A stretch of 64,000 bases of DNA, taken from assembly GCA_964480675.1 (NCBI GenBank), contig CAYZPD010000002.1, forward strand, positions 172,538 to 236,537, given 5' to 3'. The notes under the pieces are model-generated. The model did not search any database. It was not told the origin of the DNA and saw only the letters and a list, made by a program, of their open reading frames with translations. Both the position numbers and the translations under genes were made by a program. Position 1 is the first letter of the stretch. Every line of letters begins with the position of its first letter. Shown here in pieces: positions 28,089 to 36,590 of the stretch. This DNA is from an uncultured Candidatus Saccharibacteria bacterium (lineage in GTDB: Bacteria > Patescibacteriota > Saccharimonadia > Saccharimonadales > Saccharimonadaceae).

Positions 28089-29084
28089 TTATGACCTATG
28101 GTATTGTGGATTCGCTTCGACGAATTCTCTTACTGCTTTTGCTATTTTAGCACCAGTCAGGCCAAAATGATCCAACAATTCGTTTGGCTCGCCTGATTCG
28201 CCAAAACGATCTTGCATACCGATACGCTTTACCGGCATAGGTAGCTTCTCTCCAAGGAGTTCTGCAATAGCCCCGCCTAGCCCTCCGGCAGCCTGCGCTT
28301 CCTCGGCAGTGACAACCCGCCCGGTTTTTTTGGCACTGGCGAGAATTGTATGTTCATCAAGCGGCTTAACGGTCGGCACATGGACTACCTCAGCATGAAC
28401 ACCGTGCTTTTCGAGCTCTTTTGCGGCGACGAGCAGCTGATAGGTCATCGTACCAGTGCCCATGAGGCTCACATCTGTACCTTCTTGCAGTACATATGCT
28501 TTACCGAGCTCAAATGGTGAATCTTCGGTACTGAAAATAGGTGTCTTTTCACGAGCGAGCCGTATGTAGCTTGGCTTGCCGTTTTCGGCGAGTGCTTTGG
28601 TCGCTTTTTCGGCTTCGACACTGTCACCAGGCGCCACAACGACCATATTCGGTAGTACTCGCATAAGTGCGATATCTTCGAGCATTTGATGTGTTGCGCC
28701 GTCTGGACCAACGCTAACACCAGCATGTGATCCCACGATTTTGACCGGTTGATCGTTCAGGGCGATAGTAGTACGAATCTGCTCCCAGTTACGACCAGGG
28801 CTAAATGCAGCATAACTACTGGTAAATGGAATCTTGCCAGCACGAGCCATGCCGCTTGCAACAGTCACGAGGTTTTGCTCAGCAACACCAATTTCAACGA
28901 ACCGCTCTGGAAATGCATCCTTAAATTCGCTCATCTTTGTACTGTCTGTCAGATCCGCACATAGTGCCACGACTGCTTCATTGGCTTCACCGGCTGCTTT
29001 TAGCCCACGACCAAATCCGGCACGAATCGGCTCGCTCTTTACATCATCAGCAAACAAGTTATCTACAAGTGGATAGTGGCTCAT
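28089..29084 (-). CDS. transketolase, C-terminal (pyrimidine-binding) subunit
   Basis: 331 aa with FVEIGVAEQN and GPDGATHQ motifs. It is 4-nt overlapped with the N-terminal subunit gene. Confidence 0.92.
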   Translation of the reverse strand: MSHYPLVDNLFADDVKSEPIRAGFGRGLKAAGEANEAVVALCADLTDSTKMSEFKDAFPERFVEIGVAEQNLVTVASGMARAGKIPFTSSYAAFSPGRNWEQIRTTIALNDQPVKIVGSHAGVSVGPDGATHQMLEDIALMRVLPNMVVVAPGDSVEAEKATKALAENGKPSYIRLAREKTPIFSTEDSPFELGKAYVLQEGTDVSLMGTGTMTYQLLVAAKELEKHGVHAEVVHVPTVKPLDEHTILASAKKTGRVVTAEEAQAAGGLGGAIAELLGEKLPMPVKRIGMQDRFGESGEPNELLDHFGLTGAKIAKAVREFVEANPQYHRS

Positions 29085-29947
29085 TCATGCTCTCCTTTGA
29101 TCTTCCCATCAAGCGTTCGCAGCTTATGTAGCGCATCTTTTGCTTGCTGAGAGTTTGGTGGCGTGCCATGCCAGTGGTAATCGTATTCCATGAAATCAAC
29201 GCCCTTACCCGGGATAGTATGTGTAATGATGACGCTTGGCTTGTTGGTAATCGCCCGCGCCATACTTGCGGCGTCGATGATACTCTCGACATTATGGCCG
29301 TCGATTTCCTGTACATGCCAGCCAAATGATTCCCATTTGCCATGCAGATCCTCAAGCGGCATAACCGCATCGGTTGTACCGTCGATCTGAATATTGTTAC
29401 GATCAACGAATACGATCAACTGCGATAGCTTGTATTTGCCCGCAAACATCGCTGCTTCCCAAATATTACCTTCATCTAGCTCGCCATCGCCAGTGATGGC
29501 ATAGACCCAGCGGTGCGGTTGCTTATCGATATATTGCAGCGTGTAGGCTACGCCCGCAGCTTGGGAAAGACCACTGCCCAGGGGACCGCTCGTGTTTTCC
29601 AGACCAGGGAGTTTTGTTCGCTCCGGGTGTCCTTGCAATCTGCCGCCAAGTCGGCGCAGTGTCATAAGCTCCTCTTTGTCAAAATAGCCAGCTTCAGCCA
29701 TGGTGGCATACTGCACGGGTACACAGTGGCCGTTACTGAGGAAGAAATAATCGCGATCTTCCCATTCGGGGTTTTTAGGATCGATTCGCATGACATTGAA
29801 ATAAAGAGCCGTAAATACCTCTGCAAGCCCCAATGGACCAGCACTATGGCCGCTACCGGCATGTTCAAGCATGCGTATAATATCCTCGCGTATCTTATAC
29901 GCTTTGTGCTCCAGATCCGTTACTGTATAGTGCCCACCCGTTGCCAT
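29081..29947 (-). CDS. transketolase, N-terminal (thiamine diphosphate-binding) subunit
   Basis: 288 aa. GSGHSAGPLG, GDGELDEGNIWEA (TPP motif). Confidence 0.92.
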   Translation of the reverse strand: MATGGHYTVTDLEHKAYKIREDIIRMLEHAGSGHSAGPLGLAEVFTALYFNVMRIDPKNPEWEDRDYFFLSNGHCVPVQYATMAEAGYFDKEELMTLRRLGGRLQGHPERTKLPGLENTSGPLGSGLSQAAGVAYTLQYIDKQPHRWVYAITGDGELDEGNIWEAAMFAGKYKLSQLIVFVDRNNIQIDGTTDAVMPLEDLHGKWESFGWHVQEIDGHNVESIIDAASMARAITNKPSVIITHTIPGKGVDFMEYDYHWHGTPPNSQQAKDALHKLRTLDGKIKGEHE

Positions 29948-30591
29948 TACATTACTCCTTGTTTGTTCACTTCCTTGACCAGTGTTGCATACGCCGCTTG
30001 CGGGTCATCCGCTTGCTGGATAGCACGGCCAACATACATAACATCCACGCCGCCTTGTGCCAGACTAAAGGCATTTTCGGCATTTGCACCGCCATCCCAA
30101 CCAATTTCCGCACTTGCGTTGATAGCCTTAACCAGTCGTACTTTTTCAAGCTGCATCAGGCTTGCCGTGCCACCATATTTACCTAAATCACCACTAAAAA
30201 TCATCACATGATCAGCAGCTTCAATCAGTGCTGTTATATCAGCCGGTACCGTTGAACGCATCAATGCCACTCCTGCCTTGACACCGCTTGCTTTGATCTT
30301 TTGCAAAACTGGCAACAAGTCCGTTTTTACCTCAGCATGAAAAATAATCAGGTGCGGCCTGAGTGCTACCAGTTCATCAACAAATTCCGCTGGATCAGCA
30401 ACCATAGCATGAATATCAATCTGCCATTCCTGAGGCCACCATACCTGACTAGCTGTAATGGTCTGTGATGGCGCAAAACTGCCATCACTCAAATCAACAT
30501 GAATACGCTGTGCAAAAGTATGAACTTTCTCCAGACTTGCTTTGTATTCTTCCGGCGTTGCAGCGAGGACCGTCGGTACAATTGCTCCCAT
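29947..30591 (-). CDS. rpe: ribulose-phosphate 3-epimerase family protein (divergent)
   Basis: 214 aa. IHVDLSDGSF, IDIHAMV, IIFHAE, IGWDGGAN and VGRAI align with the Rpe motifs H.D.MDG.F, D.HLM, fH.E, VDGG and GSaiF. Confidence 0.72.
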   Translation of the reverse strand: MGAIVPTVLAATPEEYKASLEKVHTFAQRIHVDLSDGSFAPSQTITASQVWWPQEWQIDIHAMVADPAEFVDELVALRPHLIIFHAEVKTDLLPVLQKIKASGVKAGVALMRSTVPADITALIEAADHVMIFSGDLGKYGGTASLMQLEKVRLVKAINASAEIGWDGGANAENAFSLAQGGVDVMYVGRAIQQADDPQAAYATLVKEVNKQGVM

Positions 30592-31046
30592 TAGGCTAGC
30601 TCGTCCAATTCTGCGTTACGGCGTTTGTAGCGAACCGCGTCGGCAAATGGCGTATGTAGCCAAGTATCAATAATATCCTGCCACACTGTCTCGTCCTCAC
30701 GCTGCAATACGCGGGAGGGTAGACAAAGTACGTTACAGTTGTTGTCATTGCGTGTCATGCGCGCCTCTTCGGCATCCCATATCACACTGGCACGAATGCC
30801 ACGGAAACGATTTGCCGCCATAGCCATACCCTGGCCACCACCACAGATCAAAATCGCACGGGGATCAGGATCTTCGTCACCTATCACTTTCAATACAGCC
30901 GCCTGAGCAAACTGAGGGAAATCATCATCCGGATTTAATTGTTTCGGACCAACATCCTCAACAGTAATGCCACGCTTTGCCAGATAGGCAAAGACATCTT
31001 CTTTCAAATCAAACCCAGCATGATCAGAGCCCAGATATATTTTCAT
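30591..31046 (-). CDS. rpiB: ribose-5-phosphate isomerase B
   Basis: 151 aa with MKIYLGSDHAGFDLKE and ICGGGQGMAMAANR. TATACT lies 6 nt upstream of the ATG. Confidence 0.9.
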   Translation of the reverse strand: MKIYLGSDHAGFDLKEDVFAYLAKRGITVEDVGPKQLNPDDDFPQFAQAAVLKVIGDEDPDPRAILICGGGQGMAMAANRFRGIRASVIWDAEEARMTRNDNNCNVLCLPSRVLQREDETVWQDIIDTWLHTPFADAVRYKRRNAELDELA

Positions 31047-31070
31047 GCTTTAAGTATAAGCGGTTTTCTA

Positions 31071-31110
31071 GAAAAACAAAAGTCCGCGGTACAAATTACG
31101 TGCGGACTTT
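31071..31110 (-). terminator. rho-independent terminator downstream of gap
   Basis: On the minus strand: AAAGTCCGC-(loop)-GCGGACTTT followed by TGTTTTTC. Stem arms are at 31078-31086 and 31102-31110. Confidence 0.65.
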
Positions 31111-31126
31111 CGTAGGAGTGCGTTAG

Positions 31127-32146
31127 CTATTTGCGCAATGTTTTACCGACATCAGCGACAAGTTCTACTAAACGGTTGCTATAGCCCCATTCGTTGTCGT
31201 ACCAGACACAAATCTTGATCAGATTACCGGCGACGACTTTCGTCAGTAGTAGGTCGACTGTACCGGAGTTGCTGTTGCCAATGTAGTCACGGCTGACAAG
31301 TGGCTCTTCGCTCACTGCCAGAATACCCTGGTAGAAAGGCTCTTTGGCTGCTTTTTTGAATGCTTCGTTAACTTCTTCGACCGTAACATCCTTGCTAAGC
31401 AGCGCAGTCACATCACTAATAGAAACAACTGGGGTTGGAACACGGATAGAAAGACCGTCAAACTTGCCTTCCAGCTGTGGCAAGGTCTTTGTGACGGCAA
31501 TTGCAGCACCAGTTGTTGTTGGCACGATATTTTCAGCACCGTTGCGACCCTCACGTAGATCTTTCTTTGGCGCGTCCTGAATCGCTTGGCTGGCTGTGTA
31601 GCTATGGACTGTGGTCAGGAGTGACTTCTCTACACCGAATTCATTATCGAGAATCGCCATCACTGCACCGAGGCTGTTGGTTGTACAGCTGGCATTGCTG
31701 ATAACTTCAGTTGCACCCTCGACTTTGTCGTCGTTAGCGCCCAGAACGATTGTATCGACACCATCTGATTTGCTTGGACCGCTGATGATAACGCGCTTTG
31801 CGCCACCTCCGGTGATATGCTTTTCAGCATCTTCCTTGGCAGTAAAGAAGCCGGTTGACTCGATAACAAGCTCAACACCTAGGTCACCCCATGGGAGTAC
31901 TGATGGATCTTTTTCAGCCAAGACCTTGATGTGCTTGCCATCAACGATAATGCCATTTTCGTCGTGGCCCACCTCGTGTTGGTAGGTACCATAGTTGCTA
32001 TCGTGTTTTAGTAAATACGCCAATGTTTTCGTATCTGTTAAATCGTTGATGGCAACGATTTCCAGATCACTTCGCTCAAACGCGATCTTGAACGCGTTAC
32101 GCCCGATACGACCAAAGCCGTTGATGCCCAGTTTAGCTGCTGTCAT
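31127..32146 (-). CDS. gap: glyceraldehyde-3-phosphate dehydrogenase (type I)
   Basis: 339 aa with INGFGRIGRN, the SNASCTTN active site and WYDNEWGYS. SD AAAGGAG lies upstream. Confidence 0.96.
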   Translation of the reverse strand: MTAAKLGINGFGRIGRNAFKIAFERSDLEIVAINDLTDTKTLAYLLKHDSNYGTYQHEVGHDENGIIVDGKHIKVLAEKDPSVLPWGDLGVELVIESTGFFTAKEDAEKHITGGGAKRVIISGPSKSDGVDTIVLGANDDKVEGATEVISNASCTTNSLGAVMAILDNEFGVEKSLLTTVHSYTASQAIQDAPKKDLREGRNGAENIVPTTTGAAIAVTKTLPQLEGKFDGLSIRVPTPVVSISDVTALLSKDVTVEEVNEAFKKAAKEPFYQGILAVSEEPLVSRDYIGNSNSGTVDLLLTKVVAGNLIKICVWYDNEWGYSNRLVELVADVGKTLRK

Positions 32147-32220
32147 GTTTGTTCCCGCTCCTTTTTCCTAAGCGTTAGTACTTTCGCTATTGAGTATAAT
32201 ATGTAATTCCTTTTCCGCAA

Positions 32221-32258
32221 AATAAAAACCCTCGCGTACAGATGAATGTATGCGAGGG
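32221..32258 (-). terminator. strong rho-independent terminator after the 19-codon mini-ORF
   Basis: 12-bp stem CCCTCGCATACA/TGTACGCGAGGG in minus-strand orientation (plus-strand arms at 32229-32240 and 32247-32258) with a 6-nt loop, followed by TTTTTATT on the minus strand. Confidence 0.7.
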
Positions 32259-32270
32259 GGTCGAGCAGGA

Positions 32271-32330
32271 CTAGTCGCCGAATCCACCGCAGAACCCTTC
32301 GGCTCCGCCCAATAATGCATCATTGATCAT
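32271..32330 (-). CDS. candidate 19-aa Gly-rich micropeptide MINDALLGGAEGFCGGFGD
   Basis: ATG at 32330 is preceded by a perfect SD TAAGGAGGTGA with 5-nt spacing, the strongest SD I saw in the window. The stop is TAG at 32271-32273. It has its own extended -10 upstream and a strong terminator downstream. It is below the ORF-track length cut-off. Confidence 0.35.
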   Translation of the reverse strand: MINDALLGGAEGFCGGFGD

Positions 32331-32357
32331 GCTTATCACCTCCTTATGCTCGCTACT

Positions 32358-32366
32358 ATTCTATCA
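32358..32366 (-). promoter_or_regulatory. extended -10 TGaTAGAAT for the mini-ORF
   Basis: The reverse complement of 32358-32366 reads TGATAGAAT. It lies about 20 nt upstream of the SD and back-to-back with the rel promoter. Confidence 0.4.
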
Positions 32367-32377
32367 TATCGACCGAA

Positions 32378-32386
32378 TGTTATACT
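32378..32386 (+). promoter_or_regulatory. extended -10 TGtTATACT, 7 nt upstream of the ATG at 32394
   Basis: Sequence reads aaTGtTATACT-aaagctt-ATG with no SD. Confidence 0.45.
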
Positions 32387-32393
32387 AAAGCTT

Positions 32394-33935
32394 ATGGAAA
32401 AGCGTGAGGTCATGGTACTAGCCAAGGAGATATATGACGACAACCAGCTCGCCGAGCTGGAACATGCCATCGACTACGCGACCGAGAAGCACAAGGGTCA
32501 AAAACGTCGCAGCGGCAAGCCCTACATTACTCACCCTCTAGCCGTCGCTCATACCTTGATCGAATGGGATATGGATATTGATAGCGTGCTCGCCGGCGTT
32601 TTGCACGATACTGTTGAGGACACCGAGGCAAAACTAGAAGAAATCGAAAACCTGTTCGGTCACGACGTGGCATTTCTGGTAGATGGCGTCACAAAGGTTA
32701 GCCAGGCGCGCGCGGGTATGCGGGATCTGAAAGATTATACATCACAGACAAAGGATAATCTGTCGAAACTGTTGATTGCCGTCAGCCAAGATGTGCGTGT
32801 CATCATCATTAAACTGGCCGATCGATTGCACAATATGCAAACCCTCGGATCAATGCCACCCGAAAAACAGCAAAAAATCGCTCGTGAATCGCTAGAAGTC
32901 TTTGCACCGCTCGCCGACCGGCTCGGTATGGGTCGTGTACGCGTGCACCTTGAGGAGCTTGCCTTCAGCTATCTCGACCCCAAGGAATATCATCACCTTG
33001 AAAACTTGCTCAAAAAACGACTTGGCAAAAGCACGCGTAAGCTCGGTTCTGTTCGTGTGGAAGTTGAGCGTGAACTCAAAAAGCAAGGTATACCATTTGA
33101 AATCAACGGTCGCGTGAAAGGTATTTACAGTCTGCACCGCAAACTCAAAAAAGTTGGCGGTAACATAGAGGATATCTATGATCTCATGGCGCTTCGCATT
33201 ATCGTTTCGGACAAGGAAACCTGCTACCGCGTGCTCGGTATTCTGCACTCAATGTACCAGCCTATGCTCGCTCGCATAAAGGATTATATCGCCATACCTA
33301 AACCAAATGGTTACCAGAGTCTGCATACAACTGTCATTACTCCTTCTGAACAAATTGTCGAATTTCAAATTCGTACCCAGGAAATGCATAACTGGGCGGA
33401 ACGAGGCTTGCCGGCGAGTTTTCACTATCATGAACAGAAGGGCACAAAGTCGTACACACACAAAAAAAGCGTCGCCCACCTCCCTGCGGAATTACAGTGG
33501 ATTACACAGATGCAAGATGTCGCTGCACGACTACGCGAAGGTGAAGAAATTAGCCGCGATCAGCTGAACATCGACCTATTCGGCAACAGGATTTTCGTCT
33601 ACTCACCGCGGGGCGATATTTACAATTTACCCGAGGGCGCATTGCCGCTCGACTTTGCTTATTTGGTGCACAGCGACATTGCCAAGCATGCTTATAGTTT
33701 CCGCGTGAATGGCAAGATCCACGCCTTTGATAAGCCGCTTCAGAACGGCGATGTCGTCGAAGTTGTCACGCGCAAACTCGGCCAGCCCAAAAAGGACTGG
33801 GTGGACTTAGTAACTACCAGTCATGCACGTACAAAGCTACGCATGCAGCTTCGTAAACTCGGACTCCTTCAGGCCGTCAGCGGTGCAGCGGCAATCATCC
33901 GTGAAAAAGCAACACGTCGCAAGCACAAACACTAA
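32394..33935 (+). CDS. rel: long RelA/SpoT-homolog (p)ppGpp synthetase/hydrolase lacking the distal C-terminal regulatory domains
   Basis: HD hydrolase motif (HPLAVAHTL ... HDTVEDT), synthetase domain (YRALHT-like: GYQSLHTTV) and TGS domain (IFVYSPRGDIYNLPEGALPLDFAY). The protein ends about 50 aa after TGS. The track ORF starts at 32346; 32394 is preferred on promoter geometry, and ATG 32412 with a GAGG is another option. Confidence 0.9.
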   Translation: MEKREVMVLAKEIYDDNQLAELEHAIDYATEKHKGQKRRSGKPYITHPLAVAHTLIEWDMDIDSVLAGVLHDTVEDTEAKLEEIENLFGHDVAFLVDGVTKVSQARAGMRDLKDYTSQTKDNLSKLLIAVSQDVRVIIIKLADRLHNMQTLGSMPPEKQQKIARESLEVFAPLADRLGMGRVRVHLEELAFSYLDPKEYHHLENLLKKRLGKSTRKLGSVRVEVERELKKQGIPFEINGRVKGIYSLHRKLKKVGGNIEDIYDLMALRIIVSDKETCYRVLGILHSMYQPMLARIKDYIAIPKPNGYQSLHTTVITPSEQIVEFQIRTQEMHNWAERGLPASFHYHEQKGTKSYTHKKSVAHLPAELQWITQMQDVAARLREGEEISRDQLNIDLFGNRIFVYSPRGDIYNLPEGALPLDFAYLVHSDIAKHAYSFRVNGKIHAFDKPLQNGDVVEVVTRKLGQPKKDWVDLVTTSHARTKLRMQLRKLGLLQAVSGAAAIIREKATRRKHKH

Positions 33936-34360
33936 ACCAACAGGTTTGTTTCTGCCATGTGCTCAAAGATCATTGGGTACGGCATACGAATATCAAGCTC
34001 ACGAACTTCAGCAGCCGTCAGCCACTTGAAGGCTTCATGCTCCCAGCTAAGCGTGACTTCAGTATGGTCGTCAATTTCAGCAAAATAAATCAGAAAAACC
34101 GTTGATTCATCGTTCTCTTTGTCGAATGTCAGCGCATAAGCAAGTGTTAGCTTTGCATCCGAAAGATCGAGGCCGACTTCTTCCTGCACTTCACGGAGCA
34201 GGCCAATTTTCAACGACTCACCTTCCTCGACAATACCGCCCGGCAGATCGGGCTGGTGTGACCGTCGGGGATTTTCCTCCCACTCGCTACTCCACAAAAT
34301 CAAATATTTCTGATCGCTACGTCGACGAATCAGGATTTTTGCCGCGTGGCGGAGCCTCAT
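33932..34360 (-). CDS. Nudix hydrolase
   Basis: 142 aa with a complete Nudix box, GIVEEGESLKIGLLREVQEEVGL (Gx5Ex7REUxEExGU). Confidence 0.88.
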   Translation of the reverse strand: MRLRHAAKILIRRRSDQKYLILWSSEWEENPRRSHQPDLPGGIVEEGESLKIGLLREVQEEVGLDLSDAKLTLAYALTFDKENDESTVFLIYFAEIDDHTEVTLSWEHEAFKWLTAAEVRELDIRMPYPMIFEHMAETNLLV

Positions 34361-34887
34361 TAACGATCGTTCCAGCGATCAATTGAAGCACGGATGACTT
34401 GCTTTGCCTCGTCGGCATCGCCCCAGCCTTTGACAGTAGTAGAGCCAGGCTTTTTGAGATCTTTGTAGTGATTGAAATGATGTTCGAGTTGCTTCACTAA
34501 CTGAGGAATATCCTCAAGCGTCTGAATACGATTTCCGCTATTACGATCATCCGCAGGTACAACAACAATTTTGTCATCAACTTCACCGTCGTCTTCAAAC
34601 TTCATGACACCAACAATTTTTGCTTCCAAAAAGATACCAGTTGGCAGCGGTGCATCAGTCACGATCAGCGCATCGAGTTCGTCGCCGTCTTCATCAAGTG
34701 TCTGTGGAATAAAGCCGTAGTTCGTTGGTTTTGCAAAGATTGCAGGATCTACACGATCAAGTTGCATAACCGCTAGCTCACGGTTCCATTCGATCTTGTG
34801 ACTGCTTCCTTGCGGAATTTCAATGACCACATTGACGACACCGCCGTCAACATCGCCGGGTGTAAGAACTTGGTTAAAATCTGCCAT
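34360..34887 (-). CDS. ppa: inorganic pyrophosphatase (family I)
   Basis: 175 aa. DEDGDELDALIV and VVPADD follow the family I PPase pattern. Confidence 0.9.
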   Translation of the reverse strand: MADFNQVLTPGDVDGGVVNVVIEIPQGSSHKIEWNRELAVMQLDRVDPAIFAKPTNYGFIPQTLDEDGDELDALIVTDAPLPTGIFLEAKIVGVMKFEDDGEVDDKIVVVPADDRNSGNRIQTLEDIPQLVKQLEHHFNHYKDLKKPGSTTVKGWGDADEAKQVIRASIDRWNDR

Positions 34888-34931
34888 TTTTTCTCCTGTA
34901 TGGTTTATCTATATCTAGTATACTATAGCGT

Positions 34932-35591
34932 ATGCTAATCATCGGACATCGTGGAGCTGCTGGGCTTGCTCCCGAAAACTCACTCGAAGCACTTCGTGCC
35001 GGCATGAAGGCAGATGCCGATATACTGGAATTCGACATACGACTCACCGCGGATAATGTACCGATTCTGAGCCACGATTCACATTTGCACGGGCGTACTG
35101 TTTCTCGTACATCGCTCGAGGATCTGCAAAAAGCTGGCATCGTTACTTTACTGACCGACGTACTCGATGAGTTTTTTGGTGTTATCTTGCTTAATCTTGA
35201 ATACAAGCCGATAACTGGCGCAGAGATTGTCTACACTTTATTAAAATCTCGCTACATTAAATCTGACGACGATTGGGACAATATCATGATCTCTTCGTTC
35301 CACGTGCTACCCCTCGCTAAACTACGCCGCCGCAACAAGCAGGTAAACCTTGCTCTTTTACACAGCGTCAACCCATTCGCGTTTGTCACCTACAATCGCA
35401 CATTGCGATTGTCTGCCGTTGGCTGGCATCGATTACATGTTAATAAGTTTGCAATAGAAATTGCCAAACGAGCTGGTATCTTCACCTATATTTACACAGT
35501 CAATCGTCCCCAAACTGCTTTGCGGCTTCAAGACAAAGGTATCGATGGCGTGGTTACTGATTATCCTGATCGTATTGCCGGCAAGCTATAG
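34932..35591 (+). CDS. glycerophosphodiester phosphodiesterase family protein
   Basis: The N-terminal IIGHRGAAGLAPENSLEA is the GDPD signature. TATACT lies 7 nt upstream of the ATG. Confidence 0.85.
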   Translation: MLIIGHRGAAGLAPENSLEALRAGMKADADILEFDIRLTADNVPILSHDSHLHGRTVSRTSLEDLQKAGIVTLLTDVLDEFFGVILLNLEYKPITGAEIVYTLLKSRYIKSDDDWDNIMISSFHVLPLAKLRRRNKQVNLALLHSVNPFAFVTYNRTLRLSAVGWHRLHVNKFAIEIAKRAGIFTYIYTVNRPQTALRLQDKGIDGVVTDYPDRIAGKL

Positions 35592-35611
35592 AGTAAGGAT
35601 TATCGATCTAC

Positions 35612-36559
35612 TCAAGCCTGTTTTTCGTGATGGAGATTATCGAGATATTCTCGGATAGCGAGGGCTGCGGTGGCGCCTTCGCCAACTGCGCTTGCAATTT
35701 GCATGGTTGCACCGCTGCGTACATCACCGCTTGCAAATACACCAGATAGATTCGTTTCGAGATGTTCGTCGGTTTTGATCAGACCTTGAGCATCCAACTC
35801 GACACCGGAACCGTCAAGGAATTGCGTATTTGGTTTCAGGCCGACAAAGATAAAGACACCATCAGTATCGAACCGCGTATCTTCGTCACCTTTTTTGGCG
35901 TTCACATGCGTTACCTTGCCGTCTTCAGCAACAACTTCAGTCGGTACAACACCAAGATGTATGGTAATTTTACCCTCATCCACAAACTTTTGTAGATCTT
36001 GCTGCAACACTTCACTCGCCTTTACCGTACTGCGTACCAGTAGATCAATATGAGTTGTAAAACGAGTGAGAAAAAGTGCTTCCTGAACGGCTGAGTTGCC
36101 GCCGCCCACAACAACAAGTCGCTTATCGCGATAAAATGCGCCATCGCATGTTGCACAATAATGCACACCGCGGCCGTAAAGTTCTGCTTCGCCGGGAATA
36201 CCGAGCTTATTGTAATCACTACCAGTTGCAATCAATACTGTTTTTGCCTGTACCGGTTGGCCATCAACAACAAGTGTTTTCGTACCGTCAGTGTTTACAG
36301 ATAGACTATCCACCTGACCAAATTCAATCTTTGCGCCAAATCGTTCTGCTTGTTTTTGTAATTGATCAGCAAGCTTCAAACCTTCGACACCCTCAGGAAA
36401 ACCCGGATAGTTATCAACCATATCGGTGATAGCCGCGAGACCGCCTATCACACCCTTTTCATAGAGTACTGTGTGTATATCTTCACGCGTTGTGTAGACC
36501 GCGGCCGCAAGCGCACTCGGACCAGCACCAACCATGACTGTATCAACTATATCTGCCAT
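35612..36559 (-). CDS. trxB: thioredoxin-disulfide reductase
   Basis: 315 aa with GAGPSALAAA, the redox-active CATCDG and GGGNSAVQEA. Confidence 0.93.
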   Translation of the reverse strand: MADIVDTVMVGAGPSALAAAVYTTREDIHTVLYEKGVIGGLAAITDMVDNYPGFPEGVEGLKLADQLQKQAERFGAKIEFGQVDSLSVNTDGTKTLVVDGQPVQAKTVLIATGSDYNKLGIPGEAELYGRGVHYCATCDGAFYRDKRLVVVGGGNSAVQEALFLTRFTTHIDLLVRSTVKASEVLQQDLQKFVDEGKITIHLGVVPTEVVAEDGKVTHVNAKKGDEDTRFDTDGVFIFVGLKPNTQFLDGSGVELDAQGLIKTDEHLETNLSGVFASGDVRSGATMQIASAVGEGATAALAIREYLDNLHHEKQA

Positions 36560-36590
36560 ATGTTTTTATTATACTATACTTTGTATAGTA

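Noticed and set aside
32334-32346. The plus-strand string ATCACCTCCTTA is identical to the conserved 3' tail of 16S rRNA.
   Set aside because: No flanking 16S sequence, such as the helix 44/45 region, is present. The string is simply the complement of the strong Shine-Dalgarno of the minus-strand mini-ORF.
34874-35206. 110-aa minus-strand ORF overlapping the start of the GDPD gene and the ppa start region. Similar edge-overlapping ORFs occur at 47370..47642, 50192..50443, 56208..56444 and 26524..26730.
   Set aside because: Each overlaps motif-supported genes on the opposite strand and has no SD or promoter geometry. Their composition is atypical of the window's real proteins.
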